Shown here in pieces: positions 39,849 through 53,517 of a DNA stretch of 64,000 bases (position 1 is its first letter; each line of letters opens with the position of its first letter). Origin of the DNA: the human T2T-CHM13v2.0 reference genome, Homo sapiens; assembly GCF_009914755.1 (NCBI RefSeq), contig NC_060926.1; one strand, 5' to 3'. Below the pieces are notes generated by a model, which was not told the DNA's origin, made no database searches, and was given only the letters and a program-made list of their open reading frames with translations. A program made the translations under genes and the position numbers.

Positions 39849-42364
39849 TCAATTCTCAGAGCAACAAGGCTCTGAGGTCCATGAGGCCTGGATTTGGAAT
39901 TGTCTTAGGTTTGCATGTTGGCAGGACTATTTACCAGGCTATAACTAGGCAATCCACTTGACCCCTCCGATCCCCTTGTAGAAAAGTTCTTAACAATCCT
40001 AGCCCTACCAAGTACACAGGTTTTTGTGAGACTTAAATAAGAGATATAACTGGGATTTGTCAACTACTAGCACTATCCAGACACTTGAAACTTGACCCTG
40101 CCCCCAAAGAGTTCCCTGTTCTCAGACTTTACTGTGTCTATTGACCCCTGGATACACTAAATCTGGGTTGTCGGAGCTTCTTAAAAACTGATTCTTGGCT
40201 CTTCCGCCACCACTGCCAAGATCTCCAAGCTGAGCTGCTATACAATGGCAGTAGATTACACTAATTTGTTTTATTTTATTTGACATACTTGGAATTAAGG
40301 CTTTTTGAAAGCACTATGCAAATGTATGTAAATGACCACATTTCATGAAAAATAGTGTGCAAATAGTGTCCCTGTGTTGGCTTAGAAAAATCTGGTGGCC
40401 AAAGGCTGTCTGTATCTTCACAAGAATCAGGAAGAAGAGTTTAAACTTTAGTTACCCTTCCAGCTGTTTTATAAAATGCAGATGCTGGGGAAGCTAGAGT
40501 TTAGTGTGTGGTTTATGAGCTGTGTGCTTAATATTCTTTTCCAGTCTTCATCAGGGTATCTGATATCATTTAAGCAGAGTGTTTCATTCATTAATCACTT
40601 AAAACTGATGGTGCCAGGCACTTACTCACTGGAAGAGGAGTAAGGAACCAACCCTCCCCTAAGGACCTCCTTGGCAATGTGGCCACCAGAGTCAGCTGTA
40701 AACGCAGCTGGGGCCTCGTCTCCTGGCAAACACGTGGGTGGAGGTGGATGCCATTTTGAATTAAGTCCAGATACCTGATGGAGGCACTCAAGACCCTCCA
40801 CAATCTACCCCCAGCTGACCTTCCAGCCAGAGTCTCTTCCCCTACCCGTCTCCATTATTCATTAGCACTGCCCATCATGATTTCTTGCAGAAATCTCTCT
40901 GGCAGGTACAGCAGCACCTGGGCAGGGAGAGTTGAGACTAAACCATCACAGTATCTGGGTAAGACGCGGACAGAGAGTCCACGCAGAACAGGCCTACTGG
41001 CATGTGGTGCTTTTGTCAGATGGGGAAATTATTTTGAGCAGCACAGCAAGGAGTGGCTTTAGGAGGGAAAAAAAAAATCTCGTGTTTATTATAACTCAGT
41101 CCAAGATGATTGCCCCAATGTGCAAAATAGAATAAAATTGGTCCTGGACTTCTGAGCACGCATAAAAGATAAGAACATGGAGTCAGGCCCCATCCTTCTC
41201 TCCACAGTCAGCTTCTATTAGGAGATGACATGATTCAATAGCACCTTTCATAGAAAGAGAGTGGCTGGGGGAGAGGTGGAGGGGTTTCACTTTGAGCTCA
41301 GATGGCCGCTTCACACCTCAGGTTCAATGGCACAGGCCCTCCAGGTAGCTCCTGGCTTTGTTTCCTAACCAGAAACCCACGCACACATCTTGTCTTTGGG
41401 ATGGGGTGGGGTCCTTACTACTCTCAACTTTTCCCAATCTCTTTGCTGCTCAAATATGTGTGAGTTTTTCGGCAAAATTTATTGCTTAATGGGGGTGGGG
41501 TGGGGAGAAAGGGATGTTGCCTTTGTTGCAGTTTCACAATTGGTGTAGTGAAAGGGTGAACAAAAACTGATGAGGAGTCAAAACTATCTTTTTAAATGAC
41601 AAAGGACAGTAACACTCTTGGTTTTTTGCATTATTGTTTTCTTCATAAATTTAAGGCCAGATGCAGCAATTTATGGTCTATTATTCTTTCCTGTGGCGCT
41701 TGCTAAAATATTTCAAAGCTATACCATACTGACTTTTTTTCCTTTTGTATTTCACTGCTAACGGACACAGTTCGAATCAAATCTCTAACAAAGAGAGAAG
41801 TCTCAGAGCCTGCTTGTGTGCTGAAACTGCTGGAAACCTTTGTGATTTTCCAGGGAGCCACAGACGGTGCAGGAGTTTCTGCAGCCCACAGACTTAATAT
41901 ACGCAGTAATTTAGGAGGGAGGCTGGCTTCGTTTGGCCAGTAATGTGAGTTCATTTGCAATTCTCTTCTCTTCTTAATAGACTTGAACCTGAGTGTTGAA
42001 ATTCAGAAAAGGGGGTGTGTGCCTCATGGGCGTGTTAAACCAGAGGGTGTGTGCTCTCTCTCTACACTCTGGGGAAGGGAAGCCTGGCCATGCAACATTT
42101 TTTACAGCTGCATTTGCACAGGTGGGGAAATAACAGTGTCATCCTGGAACAGCAGACACTGATATATGTGTTTGGGGACATCTATAGAGCACAGTGAATC
42201 ATGCAACATACGAGTCAGCCCCACTATAAGTCAATCCACCGTTCCCACCAAAAGCTCCATGGGTAAACGGAGAGGCTGCCTTCAGATTACTTTGGAAGAT
42301 GAAAAATATCCCCATATATATTCAGACCAATAAAGCAGCCATGCAGGTGAATAAAAACAAATCC

Positions 42365-42720
42365 TGAAAGTACAGAGTCTCAAGGTTGGAAGAAACCTTA
42401 AAAGTGTCCAGACCGGTCACCCCTCCAAATGTCTGCACCTGAATCCTCTTAGAAAATCTTTATTTATTCTCCTTCAGTTTCTGGTTTAAACCCTGTCCAT
42501 GAAGGGGATCTCGCTGCTTCCCCCAAGGCAGCTGACTCCTCTCAACCTCTCAGTGACTGGGCTGCTAAAACAAAAACAAAACCCCTCTACTTTACATTAT
42601 TAAAATCATGACATCCACTGCTTGATTCTCATTTCATCCAGTATTGCACAAAGGCCATAAACAATCTTTCTTTGCATGACAATCTTCCAATAGCTGCAGG
42701 TAGCTGTCTTGCCATGCCAT
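42365..42720 (-). mobile_element. L3/CR1 3' fragment
   Basis: GGTTGGAAGAAACCTTAAAAG...GAATCCTCTT...GGGGATCTCGCTGCTTCCCCCAAGGCAGC resembles the L3 3' end. Confidence 0.55.
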
Positions 42721-44459
42721 ATCATATGATTTATTTATTTGTTCATTCATTAGGTGAACATATATTAAGCAGCTACTAAGTGCCAGAAACCAGAGACTAG
42801 GGATATAAGATGGATAAGATATGGAATGTGCTCTCACAATATAGTATGGTACCGGACACAAGTCAACTAATCTGAATTTTCTATGGTGAGTGAAAGCCTA
42901 AACAATGTCCTCTGGGGGTCTACAGGAAAGCACGTTCATTGCCTAGTGGGTGGGTAAGTGAGTGGAAGCAGAGAAGGCTTCCCAAGGTGGTGGCGTTGAT
43001 CTTGGACATTGAGGGCTGCATATTTCCTAACTTTTCTTCAAACTGCTTGGCAAATTCATCACTAGGAGACTTGCATGTTGGTGTCTGCCCAGCTGCTGTG
43101 TTGGGGCCTCCATTAATGTGGGCTCTGACAGTCACAACAGTTTGGTGCATTTCCATTCACAGTTCAGATCCATCTTACTTCACCTGGGCATGCAACTTGG
43201 AACAGGAAAGCCCCTGGGAGGGGCCAGGGCCCCCAAGGGTCTGTCTGTAGAAGCTGAGGGCTTACGGATGTTTGTTCTGTCCCCTATCGCCTCCCTACAG
43301 GAACTGTCTGTGCAGAGGAGGCTCTTATCTCAGAACCCCCATCTGTTCTGTAGAGGCATGGATTGCCAAAGGAAATGTTGAGGCTCAAGCATTTTGTCTG
43401 AAATGTGACATAATTGGAGAAAGGGGCTGTGTTAAATTGTAAAAGCTCTTTACTTGTGTGAAATTGGAGGAAAGGTCTGCAATTATCACTGTCCGGACTC
43501 CCCAGTTACCTGTGAATTGGGAACATAGGTCTTGAAGATGGGCTAATGGAATGGCTGCTTGTTTGTGCTGATCATGTGTGGGCACATGGCATTGGAGGAA
43601 TAGGAAGACAAAGTGTCAAAGTTGGAAGTGGATAATAGCAAGCAAAACACAAAGGGCAAAGGGGAAAATGCTGTCCCTTTCCTGCTCCCTCCTTGACAGT
43701 AGGGCTCCTGTGACCGCAGGGAAAGAACATCAGTATCACCAAACCTTCCTTCACCTACCTTTACCTACCTTCTCTGAGCCCATGCAGCGAACAATAGAAA
43801 CACATGGGACGCCAGGTTCTGAGACCGAGGTTCAAAACCGCTCAGATGTTCATGTATGCTTCTGAGGATTCCACATAAACACTCTGAGACTTGCTCATCT
43901 TGTCTGTCAAGTGGCTTTGGTAATGATGCCAATTCAGAGGGTTTTTAGAACATTTGCGGTCCCAATTGGGCCAGCCCTCTAATTGTACCAGGGCTAACTA
44001 GGACAATTCCAGGGCACAGGGCTGAGCCCTGTAGGGTTCAGAGAAGTGACTGCAACAAGGTCTTTGCCCTCAGAGTTTTTGGTTGTGTGGGGCAGACAGG
44101 GCAAAGAAAAACAAACGCCAATATAAGGGATACATAGACAGAGGGTAGATAGATTAAGCTCTGGAAATCAGCACTTGGGGAAAAAGAAAAAATGAAGGGT
44201 AATTCTTTAAGCCTATTTTAAGTGGATAAAATAAAAAATTATAAATGGAAAAAATATGTTACAGTTCTCTTAAGTCTACTGATTCATGGAGGTGAGAGAA
44301 AAAGGCATAATGAGAGAGGAACAATTTTCATGTTTGCAGGACTACGGCCTATAAATAATGAGAAGAGGAACCTGTTAGCTTGAGGTTAGAAAGCTGAAAA
44401 GGAAAAGAGGTTGGGCATTGTTTCTCAGGCGCCTTTCCTCAGATCACTGACTACCCTAA

Positions 44460-44606
44460 TCATAGTGCATTCCTGTTAAAAAACAGATTCCTAGGCCCCA
44501 TCCCTGACATATGAAGTGAGAGTCCGTGGGGGCGGGGCTCAGGACTCCACATTTTAATAAGCTGCTCGAGGTGACTTTTATGAGCCCTAAAGTTTACAAA
44601 ACCCTG
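44460..44606 (+). mobile_element. MER5A-like hAT MITE
   Basis: TGTTAAAAAACAGATTCCTAGGCCCC...CATTTTAATAAGCTGCTCGAGGTGACT...CTAAAGTTT. Confidence 0.7.
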
Positions 44607-45454
44607 ATTTGTGTAAATAAACACACACAAAGAGTGCCTGTTTTTCAACGAGCTTAATTACATCCTGTGGGTCTGATGTTTGCTTGCTATAAAGAGTAAG
44701 TGGTGTGTTTTCTAATCTCAGGTTTATTTCTGAATGTTATATTTCAAGCAGCCTGTCTTCTTGTGCTTGAGAATGCTTTCAGGTTTCAGAAAAATAGATG
44801 CTGGAAGAGGAATGACCTCACACCTGCTCTACTGCAAATAGATTTCCCACCCTTTCTCTGCAGTCCATCTCCCCAGCCATCATCCACTTCATATGCTGCA
44901 CACTGACCAATCTTTCTTAAGCACAACTTCAATAATGTTACTCCTTTGGTAAGAGCCATCCACAGCTCCCCCACTGCCTCTGGGATAAAGATAAAACTCT
45001 TTAGCTTGGCTCCAAGGCCCTTCACACTCTATCGCCCTCCTTCCTGCTAAAATCTCCCTTTCACATTCTCCTACACACACACAACCAAACTGCAGCCAAC
45101 CTACACTACTTGCTATCCTCATCTTGTACTTGCTGTCTTCGAAAACCTCAGCTCATATCAAACTTCCATTGGACATAACTTCCTCCTCTCAACCCAAAAG
45201 AATCTTACCTAGACATTTAACCCCTGCTTCTCCAGGAAGCCTCTTTTGATCTCCTGTCAGTGCCGCATCCAAATCCGACAGCAATTTTTCTGTGCCATGC
45301 CCGTGATTCTTAATATGAGCTGTCTGGTACTATGTTTATTTGCATATTTGTCTCCTAAACTTGAAGTTCCTGGAGAATAAGGGCCATAACTCATTCAACT
45401 TTGCGTATCCCCTAGAAACTAACATAATAAATGACCTCCAGAAAACACACGCAG

Positions 45455-45671
45455 CCACGCTGTCCAGTGGACGTTATTGCCATGATGAATTTGTTCTATA
45501 GCTGTGTTGTCGAATAGGGCAGCCGCTAGCCTCAGAGTGACTAGTGGACCCTCAAAGTGTGGCTACTGTGACTGAGGAACTGAACTTTAAAATGTTTATT
45601 TGATTTCAATCAATAACAATTTAAATATAAGTAGCTGACATGGCTAGTGACTACCCTATTGGACAGCACAG
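45455..45671 (+). mobile_element. MER3 hAT-Charlie MITE inserted in L2
   Basis: CGCTGTCCAGTGGAC...TGTGACTGAGGAACTGAACTTT...CATGGCTAGTGACTACCCTATTGGACAGCACAG. Confidence 0.8.
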
Positions 45672-46164
45672 TTGAGAATATATTTAACGAAGGAGGTTGC
45701 ACTGTGCTTCGAAAACGTCCCCACTCTCTACCCCACTTACAGACGTCACTTGATTTGGTTCTTCCTACTTCCTCCTCCTTGTCTTCTACACTTGGCCCCT
45801 TACTCCCTGCACTCCAGCCATGCCTGGCTGATTTCCTTTTCTCCAACAGGCCTGGCTTGTTCTGGCTTCAAGGCTTTTGCTGTTGTATGCTTTGCCTAGA
45901 GTGTGTTTCTCTTAGATCTCACTCAAGTTTTTTTTGTTTTTTTTTTTTTTTTTTCTTCATTCAGGACTCAGCTTAAATGTCCCGTCTTTAGAGAGGACTT
46001 CCTTGATGTGCCCTCTAAAGTAGACCTCTTTGCTCTCACTTCACCCTCTTACACTTTCTTTATAACGCTTTCATTAAAGTCATCTCATTTATTTCGTTAC
46101 TTCTTCATTGTCTAACTCCTAATAAAAGGTAAGCTTCTTGAGTAAGGAAGTGCTCAAAAACAAT

Positions 46165-46840
46165 GCATAATAAAATCAATGGAGGAAAGCATGATGAGAA
46201 ACAGGATATTTATATAGTCTCAAAGTATCTCCCCATAAGATACTAATTAATTATAATGGAGAAAACAGAAACTTTAGTACAGAAGAGAAAACCATCAGTT
46301 GCCACCTCTCCACACGTTAACTTCAAGTGTAACCGACGACTAACATCACCAGTTACAAGACATTTTGACATGAGATGCCCACTTGATATGATGCACTGAG
46401 AAGGATCCATCACTTCTGGGGTCTCCTCTCCATAATGTAGAACCTCAGTCTACTCAGAAGAAAAGGTTAGACACATGCAAATTGAGTGACGTTGTACCAA
46501 ATACCTGGCGATTCTATTCAGAAGTGTCAAGGTCATGAAAGATGCATTCAGATTGAAGAACTGTCATACATGGGAGGAAAATAAGCAGATACGATAATTA
46601 AATGCAATGCAGGAAACGGGATTGGCTCCTGAACTGGAAAAATGAGTAGGAAAACTGGCAACAATCTAATAAGATCTGTAGGATAGCTAAGAGAATTGTA
46701 TCAATGTTGATTTTCTGTTTTCAGTAATTATGTTTTAGTTAGATAAGATGTTGGCATAAGGTGAAGTTAGGTGATGGGTTTATAGAAACTCTGTACTGTT
46801 TTTGCAACTCTTATTTAAATATCAAACTATCTCAAAACAA
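46165..46840 (+). mobile_element. L1MC-type 3' end
   Basis: ATGATGAGAAACAGGATATTTATATAGTCTCAAAGTATCTCCCC...GAAACTCTGTACTGTTTTTGCAACT. Confidence 0.8.
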
Positions 46841-47138
46841 TTCTTTTTTTCTGAGACAGAGTCTCAGTCTGTTGCCCAGGGTAGAGTGCAATGGCATGAG
46901 CATAGCTCACTGCAGCCTCAATCTCCCAGGCTCAAGCCATCCTCCCACCTCACCTTTTGAGTAGCTGGGACTACAAGTGTGCACCAACATGCCTGGCAAT
47001 TTTTTTTTTTAATTTTTTGGTAGAGACGAGTTCTCACTATGTTGCTCAGGCTGGTCTTGAACTCCTAAACTCAAGCAGTCCTCCTGCCTTGGTCTCCTAA
47101 AGTGCTGGAATTTTAGGCATGAGCCACCGGACCTGGCC
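46841..47138 (-). mobile_element. AluJ
   Basis: CATAGCTCACTGCAGCCTCAATCTCCCAGGCTCAAGCCATCCTCCC; CACTATGTTGCTCAGGCTGG. Confidence 0.94.
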
Positions 47139-47817
47139 TAAAATAAAAAGTTTCTTTTTTTTGAAAAAAATACAAGTTTCTTGAGGGCAAGGGCTTATCT
47201 GCCTTGTGCTAGAACAGTACCTGCTACATAGTAGATATTAAATATTTATTTGTGAATGACAGGAAGACTGAGAATGAAGAAGGAAAGATGGAATAGGAGA
47301 AAAGAGGAGCTGATAAAGGAAAAGAGAAAGAAAAAGAGGAAGGGAAGACGATATGGAGCAAGTGTGAGGAGAAGGACTGCACAGTTTTGGGAAAATTTGA
47401 GGTATCCCTTGAAGAAGATGTGAAACAGAACAGGCCTGTTAAGGACCTCAGAGAAAAGGCTCACTCACAGCATCCAGCATACCCCAGGGACACACAAAAG
47501 CATGGAGATCTCACATTCTAGATGTTTGATTGAGTTCAATTTAATTCAAGTAGTTAATAACTTGGATTAAATGCAATAGTTGGATTAACACACGCAGTGC
47601 TCCCCCAAAAGAGTTCTCCAGCTTTTGGTGGGCAGGTTAATAACTTTGGCTACCGGATGGAACTGTCACAGTCTAAGGCCTGGGTCCTGAGGGCTTGCAT
47701 ATGTGAGTCTCTACAGACTGCTAGAAATTGGAGCAAGACTAATTCAGTAAAATAGGGCCCATTCTTGGATGACCTATAGAATTGAATTTATTTTCAACTG
47801 TGGGATATAGAAAATCA

Positions 47818-48142
47818 TACACATCCCTCAGTATTTCTGGGGGATTGGTTCCAGGACCCCCCTGTGGATACCAAAATTCAAGAATGCTCAAGTCTTTTAT
47901 ATGAAGTAGTATAATATTTGCATATAACCTACACATATCTTTCCATATACTTTAAATCATCTCCAGATTACTTACAATACCTAATACAATGTAAGTGCTA
48001 GGTAAACAGCTGTGATGCTATATTTTAATTTGTATTATTTTCTATGTTGTATTGTTACTTTTTATTTTTTTCCTAGTAGTTTTGATCCTCAGTTGGTTGA
48101 ATCCACAAATGCAGAACCCACAGACACGAAGATCTGATTGTA
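47818..48142 (+). mobile_element. MER2 (TcMar-Tigger MITE)
   Basis: CCCTCAGTAT..GGGGATTGGTTCCAGGACCCCC...GTTGGTTGAATCCACAAATGCAGAACCC. Confidence 0.85.
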
Positions 48143-48314
48143 TATGCTGTGCTGTCTTCCAAATCTAAGGAGACAAGAAGGGCTCAAAATTTGGGGTGTC
48201 TTTCCAGTAGAAAGAATGAAATTGCATTGATGAATATTATTTTAATTCTATATATCAATTGCTAATCATATGCCTATATAATAGGCACAAACCAAAACAA
48301 AAAACCAAAAACCT

Positions 48315-48390
48315 TAATTTTGAGATAGTTTTATATTTAAATAAAAGTTGCAAAAATAGTACAGAGAGTTCCTATAAACCCATCACCTAG
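48315..48390 (-). mobile_element. Short old L1 (L1MB/MC) 3'-terminal fragment
   Basis: ATTTTGAGATAGTTTT...AAAAGTTGCAAAAATAGTACAGAGAGTTCC. Confidence 0.7.
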
Positions 48391-49596
48391 TACATAAGTG
48401 CCTATATACTGGGCACATAATTGGCAATTGATACATATAGTTAAAATTATATACTATTAAAGTTATATACTATTAAAATTAAAGTTCTATACTCCCTTAG
48501 TTGTTCAAATAAAAGTCCTATGCGGTTAGTTTCATGTACCTGCTTCACAGATGAGGAAGCGGGCTCAGAGAAGAAAATCACTGGCCCTAATTTACACAAT
48601 AGGGCCATGAAGCCAGAAACTCAAATCTAGCTCTCTCTCATTCCGAGCTCTTGAAAAGGGTCCTAGACGTCATCTAATCCAGCTCTTCACTTCTTCGCCC
48701 CATCTTTCATGTCTATTTCATAATAGACATTTGCAGAAGAGAGAGACGAGACTTTAAGAGGAAAGGGTCCTGGTCCTGGTCTCTTTCACAAGGTGTGGCA
48801 GCAGGAGGTGGCGGGAACAGTGTGAAGAGAGCCCAGAGGGACTGTCAGCAGACTGGAGTCCTGCCTTTGTCTCATATTATTTCAGTGGAATCAATGAAGG
48901 CATTTGCCTTTTCTGAGCCTTAGCTGTGTCATCTGTCAGATGACGAAGACATGAAAACCCTCTCCTACCCTGGGAGAGCAGCAAGGTGGGGCCTGTGGTC
49001 TGATCAGCTTGGAGACTTCTGCTGTCCTGTGTGCGGGGGACAGAAATGGATGTTGTTTAACTGGCTGAAACGCTGTGCCATGCTAATTACATCAACCTCA
49101 CAATCCTCTCTTTTTTCCCTCCGTCTTCTTTTCACTGCTTCTATTTCTGTCTCTTTTTCTCTCTTTCACTGTCAGTTTTCAAATAAGGACTGTTTTGTTA
49201 GCTCCACAATCAAAATGATCTAATTGGCTGCAGAAGGGAACAAGCACAATATCCCCAGGGGGAACCTTCCTCCGGATGCAAGAAAGAAAAGGTCAAAAAC
49301 CACTTGACTGACTAAGAGAAGTAAGAGAAATGGGAATTCAAAAGCTTCTATTTATAACTGCACAGACTGAAGTTCTGGGCTGTGCCCTTGACTGGGCAAT
49401 TATGTTGCAGAGACTGCCTTTCCATCTTTGGGTGGCTCTTGAAAAAGAGAACTGACACAACCAGGCTCTTCTCTTACACAGACTCTCTACTCTGTGGTTT
49501 TCCCGAGGTCCCTGCACTCCTAGCATTGTGGGGGTGCAAGGAACACAGCCATAAGTTTGAGGCCAAAGAGCTCTAGATTAAAACTGAGCCTGGTGG

Positions 49597-50344
49597 GAAT
49601 ACCACTTTATATCCATTAGGATGCCTATTATCAATAAACAACAACAACAATGTCCAGAAAATAATGAGAGTAGTGAGTGGGTAAGGTGGAGGAGAAATTG
49701 GAACCCTCGTGCATTGCTGCTGGGAATGTAAAATGGTGCAGGGGCTGTGGAAAACAGTTTGGTGGTTCCTCAAAAAGTTAAACATAGAATTGTCGTATGC
49801 TCCAGCAATTCTACTCCTGGGCATATACTGGAGAGAATTGAAAGCAGGGAGTCAAATAGATATTTGTACACCCACGTTCATGGCAGCCAAAGTAGCCAAA
49901 AAGTAGAAACAACCTGTGTCCATTGACAGATGAATGATTACACAAAATGTGGCACGCACACACACAATGTAATATTATTCAGCCTTAAAGAGGAAAAAAA
50001 ATTTGACACACACTCCGAGATGGATAAACCTTTAAGACATGAGAAGTGAAATAAGCCAGTCACAAAAAGACAAATATTGTATGATACCACTTACATGAGG
50101 TATGTAGAGTAGTCAAATTCATAGAGATAGAAAGTAGAATGCTGGTTGCCAGGGGCTAGAGGGAGAATGAGGACTTATTGCTCAACTGGTACAGAATTAC
50201 AGTTTTCAAGATGAAAAACATTCTGGAGTTGGATGGCAGTAATGATTGCACAATAATATGAATATACTTAATGTCCCTGAACTGTACCCTTAAAATGGTT
50301 AAATGGTAAATTTTATGTTATATGTATTTTACCATAATAAAAAA
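49597..50344 (+). mobile_element. L1MB-type 3' end
   Basis: GGAGAAATTGGAACCCTCGTGCATTGCTG...GAAATAAGCCAGTCACAAAAAGACAAATATTG...GTAAATTTTATGTTATATGTATTTTACCATAAT. Confidence 0.9.
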
Positions 50345-52949
50345 TGGGAATATTACCACCTAGATTGTGGGGTTATTTTTGAGGATTAAATTAGATGTCA
50401 CATGTGAAATATCTAGAATAATGCTCCATCTCCTAATAGTTGCTCAACGTGTACTGGTTTCTTTCTTTACAGAGAATATACAATTTATACAGAGTGTGCC
50501 CTTGCCTTCTCAGTTAGGGGAGAATAACTGAAAAGTGGCCACGCACATAAAGACAAAATAGAACGACATTTCTACTGCAAGATGACCACACTCAAAGAAG
50601 AAAGAAAGTAATCACAAGCCAGTCTGGAGACCCTGCTTTCTCCATTGTATGCCTTAAAAACAAACAGCTTCTTGCAGCACACTGAAAGCAGAAAGGCACC
50701 GTGGTAACTTTCTCTTGAGTTTAAAACAGAAGGGGAGATGTACCTCTCTGGGTCTGAAAAGTGAAGGGAGTATCCTTCCTTACCTACTTAGTCCACTAGG
50801 CCAGCTAACACTTCAGCATTGGCTCGATTGAAATGTAGGAGCTGGAATCTTACCCACCTGGCTGAATGGTGTTTCTGGGTGGTGAGTCACTGCATCTGCC
50901 CATCTATGCTCAGGTGAACTTCAGAAATAAGGTGAAGAAGTAAACCGGAAGGGATGAGCCTCGGTTAGGAGTAGGGAGGGCTTCAGCTGCTGCTGGGAAA
51001 TGGGCTTTCAGGGGATAATTCCAAACAGTACTTCTCTAAGGCTTCTTCCAGATCATTTGCAGTGCATCTATGGCCTCTGTGTATGGACAGGTTTCCATCT
51101 GCAGGTCTCAGGGGAACTCTTCCTGCAGGAGCCCAGGTGAGGCCCTGAACCCTATTGTACACTTGTCTAGGTCTGGGCGTGACTCTTTGTCTTCTTACAT
51201 TGCTCCTTCTCAGATGGTGCCTTCAAACAACACTATGAATCAGGGAGCTTGGGTTCAGATCACGTTTTCAAACCTGTCACATCTACATATAGAGATAAAT
51301 AAAACCAATAACAGTGGTTTATCAAGAGTCTACTATTTGTCAGACTGTACTGGGTGTTTTACATACATTATTTCATTCACTTCCCACAATAATCCTTTGA
51401 TGTCGGTATTATGATTTCCTTCTCATGGATGAGGAAACTGATGTTTAGAGAGGTTAGGTGCCTTGTACAAGGTACTAAAACAAAAAAATCCTTCACACAT
51501 ACTTTTCTCCTGTCCAGCCACAGTCTTTCAGCATCTTGAAAGTACTATCATCAATACTTTAGGAAGTCAGGAAGGTCTCAGATGCTACTCTCACCAATAG
51601 CCTTTGTGAAAGCTTACCGGTGTGCTTAGCTTATAGGAAAAAAAGACTCTAAGAATGACAAATGGAGACATGTAATCTACTTTTTAAACCTATAATCGTG
51701 TTTAACATGTGACTCCCACAGTGTTTTACAATGTGTATACATATACATACATGCACACATACATGTACACACACATAGCTATGTAAACTTAAACGTATAT
51801 GCTTGGGTATACATTTGTTTACATTTGACAATCATTTCAGGTACAGTTATGTAACTTGGGACACACAGCCTGGAATAATCATCCATAACTTGATTAATTT
51901 GCTTCAAAATCAACCAGGAAAACATCTGCTCAGTCACACCCGGGGACTTAGCTTCAGAGACGCTATGTTGTAATATTACATAGAACTTTGAAGCATTCCA
52001 TTAAGCGTTTATAGTAATTTATCATCTGCACTTTCCAATGCTCTGGGCTAAGGAGATGTCGCTAATCATTACACCTTGATTGGGCTGTCTTTCATTTGAG
52101 GGACTCCATGCCCTTTATAGATACTGCATCAATCTTGCAAATGCCTTCAACACAATCTTGAGGCTTAACATTTCTTATTGACCTACAGAATGCATTGGGA
52201 ATTTCCTATTGTTCCCTGTGGATCAAATTAGGAGTTTCAATGATGTCTATCACAAGCAGACCTGGGTGATAGTGGCTTCATTTCACAGACAGTGACTGAA
52301 CAACTGAACCATAGCTGAAGCCTCCATTAAGATTGAATTCTCCTGGTGCTGGAGAAAATTGTCAGTAAGAATAAAAGTTGCTGCCATGATTGAGTGCTTA
52401 CACTGTGGAGGGGCTGTGCTAAACAGAAGGTACAGCTACCAGTCAGCAACCTGCCCTTTTGTTTGGTGTTCCCCTTTCTGATACTCCCAAATGCCCATTG
52501 TAGGTGCACATCTACCCAAGAACACCTGCTTTTGCCTCACTGAGTGGTTCCCAGTCATACAGGACCACACTTTTCCATTTTAATAGGCTTATAGGTCACT
52601 TGGGAAATGTTTCAAAATATAAGTTCCTGGGACTCACCTAGAGGTCCACCTTCAGTAGGACTGAATTTATATTTTAAATTAACAATCCTTCTGATGCCAT
52701 CTAACATATGCCTTAAAAACAAACAGCTTCTTGCAGCACACTGAAACTTGCAGACTTTGATAACTGCTGACTTAGGACATTCAAGGTCATTCTTATTCTC
52801 CATTGAAATTTTCCCCTTTGTTCACTCCTTAATTTACCGAGAGGTTAACATAATGAATGATCTCATTTCATTGGTGCTTTTATAGGTTGAAAGTCACTTT
52901 CTCCAACATCCACATTTGAAGCACATGGCAGCCATCTAAACTTCAGGCA

Positions 52950-53517
52950 GGAATAGGGACAGACATGGCGGACACCAATGGACACTCCTCTGCTGCTCCC
53001 TCTCTTCTGTCAGCAGGACGCTGATGTTTTCAGAGGTTGGGCTGGAGATTCCTTAAAACTTGGGAACATAAGTCCCTATCTAATCCTCAGGCGGAAATCT
53101 TTGATTGTTGCAAACTCGTTATTTTTGGCAACTGATTGGCTAAGGATGGGCATGTTCTAGCTAATGATTTTTTTTTTTTAAGTGTGCTGAGGGAGAATTT
53201 TTCTTCCTGAATTAAAAACAAACAACTTCCAGAGGTAGAGGACTTTGCTTCTTCTTTCTTCCTGGAACTTATAAATGAATAGCCATCTTGTGACACTGAA
53301 GTAACAAGCATACAAATAAAAGCCAAAATGCTAAGTATGATGGGACAGAAAGATAAAAACAGCTGAGGTCCCCAACAATATCACTGAATGTCTAAAAAAC
53401 ATTTAGTAACTGCATACCTCTGAACTTATTTTTAAGTAAGAAAAGCGAATCTCTGTTTAGATCACCATAAACTGAATTTTATGTTACTTTCAGCTAAAAG
53501 CATTCCTGACTGATATA
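52950..53517 (+). mobile_element. Old MLT1J/K-type MaLR LTR
   Basis: TGATTGGCTAAGGATGGGCATG...AGCCATCTTGTGAC...TGTTACTTTCAGCTAAAAGCATTCCTGACTGATATA. Confidence 0.65.
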
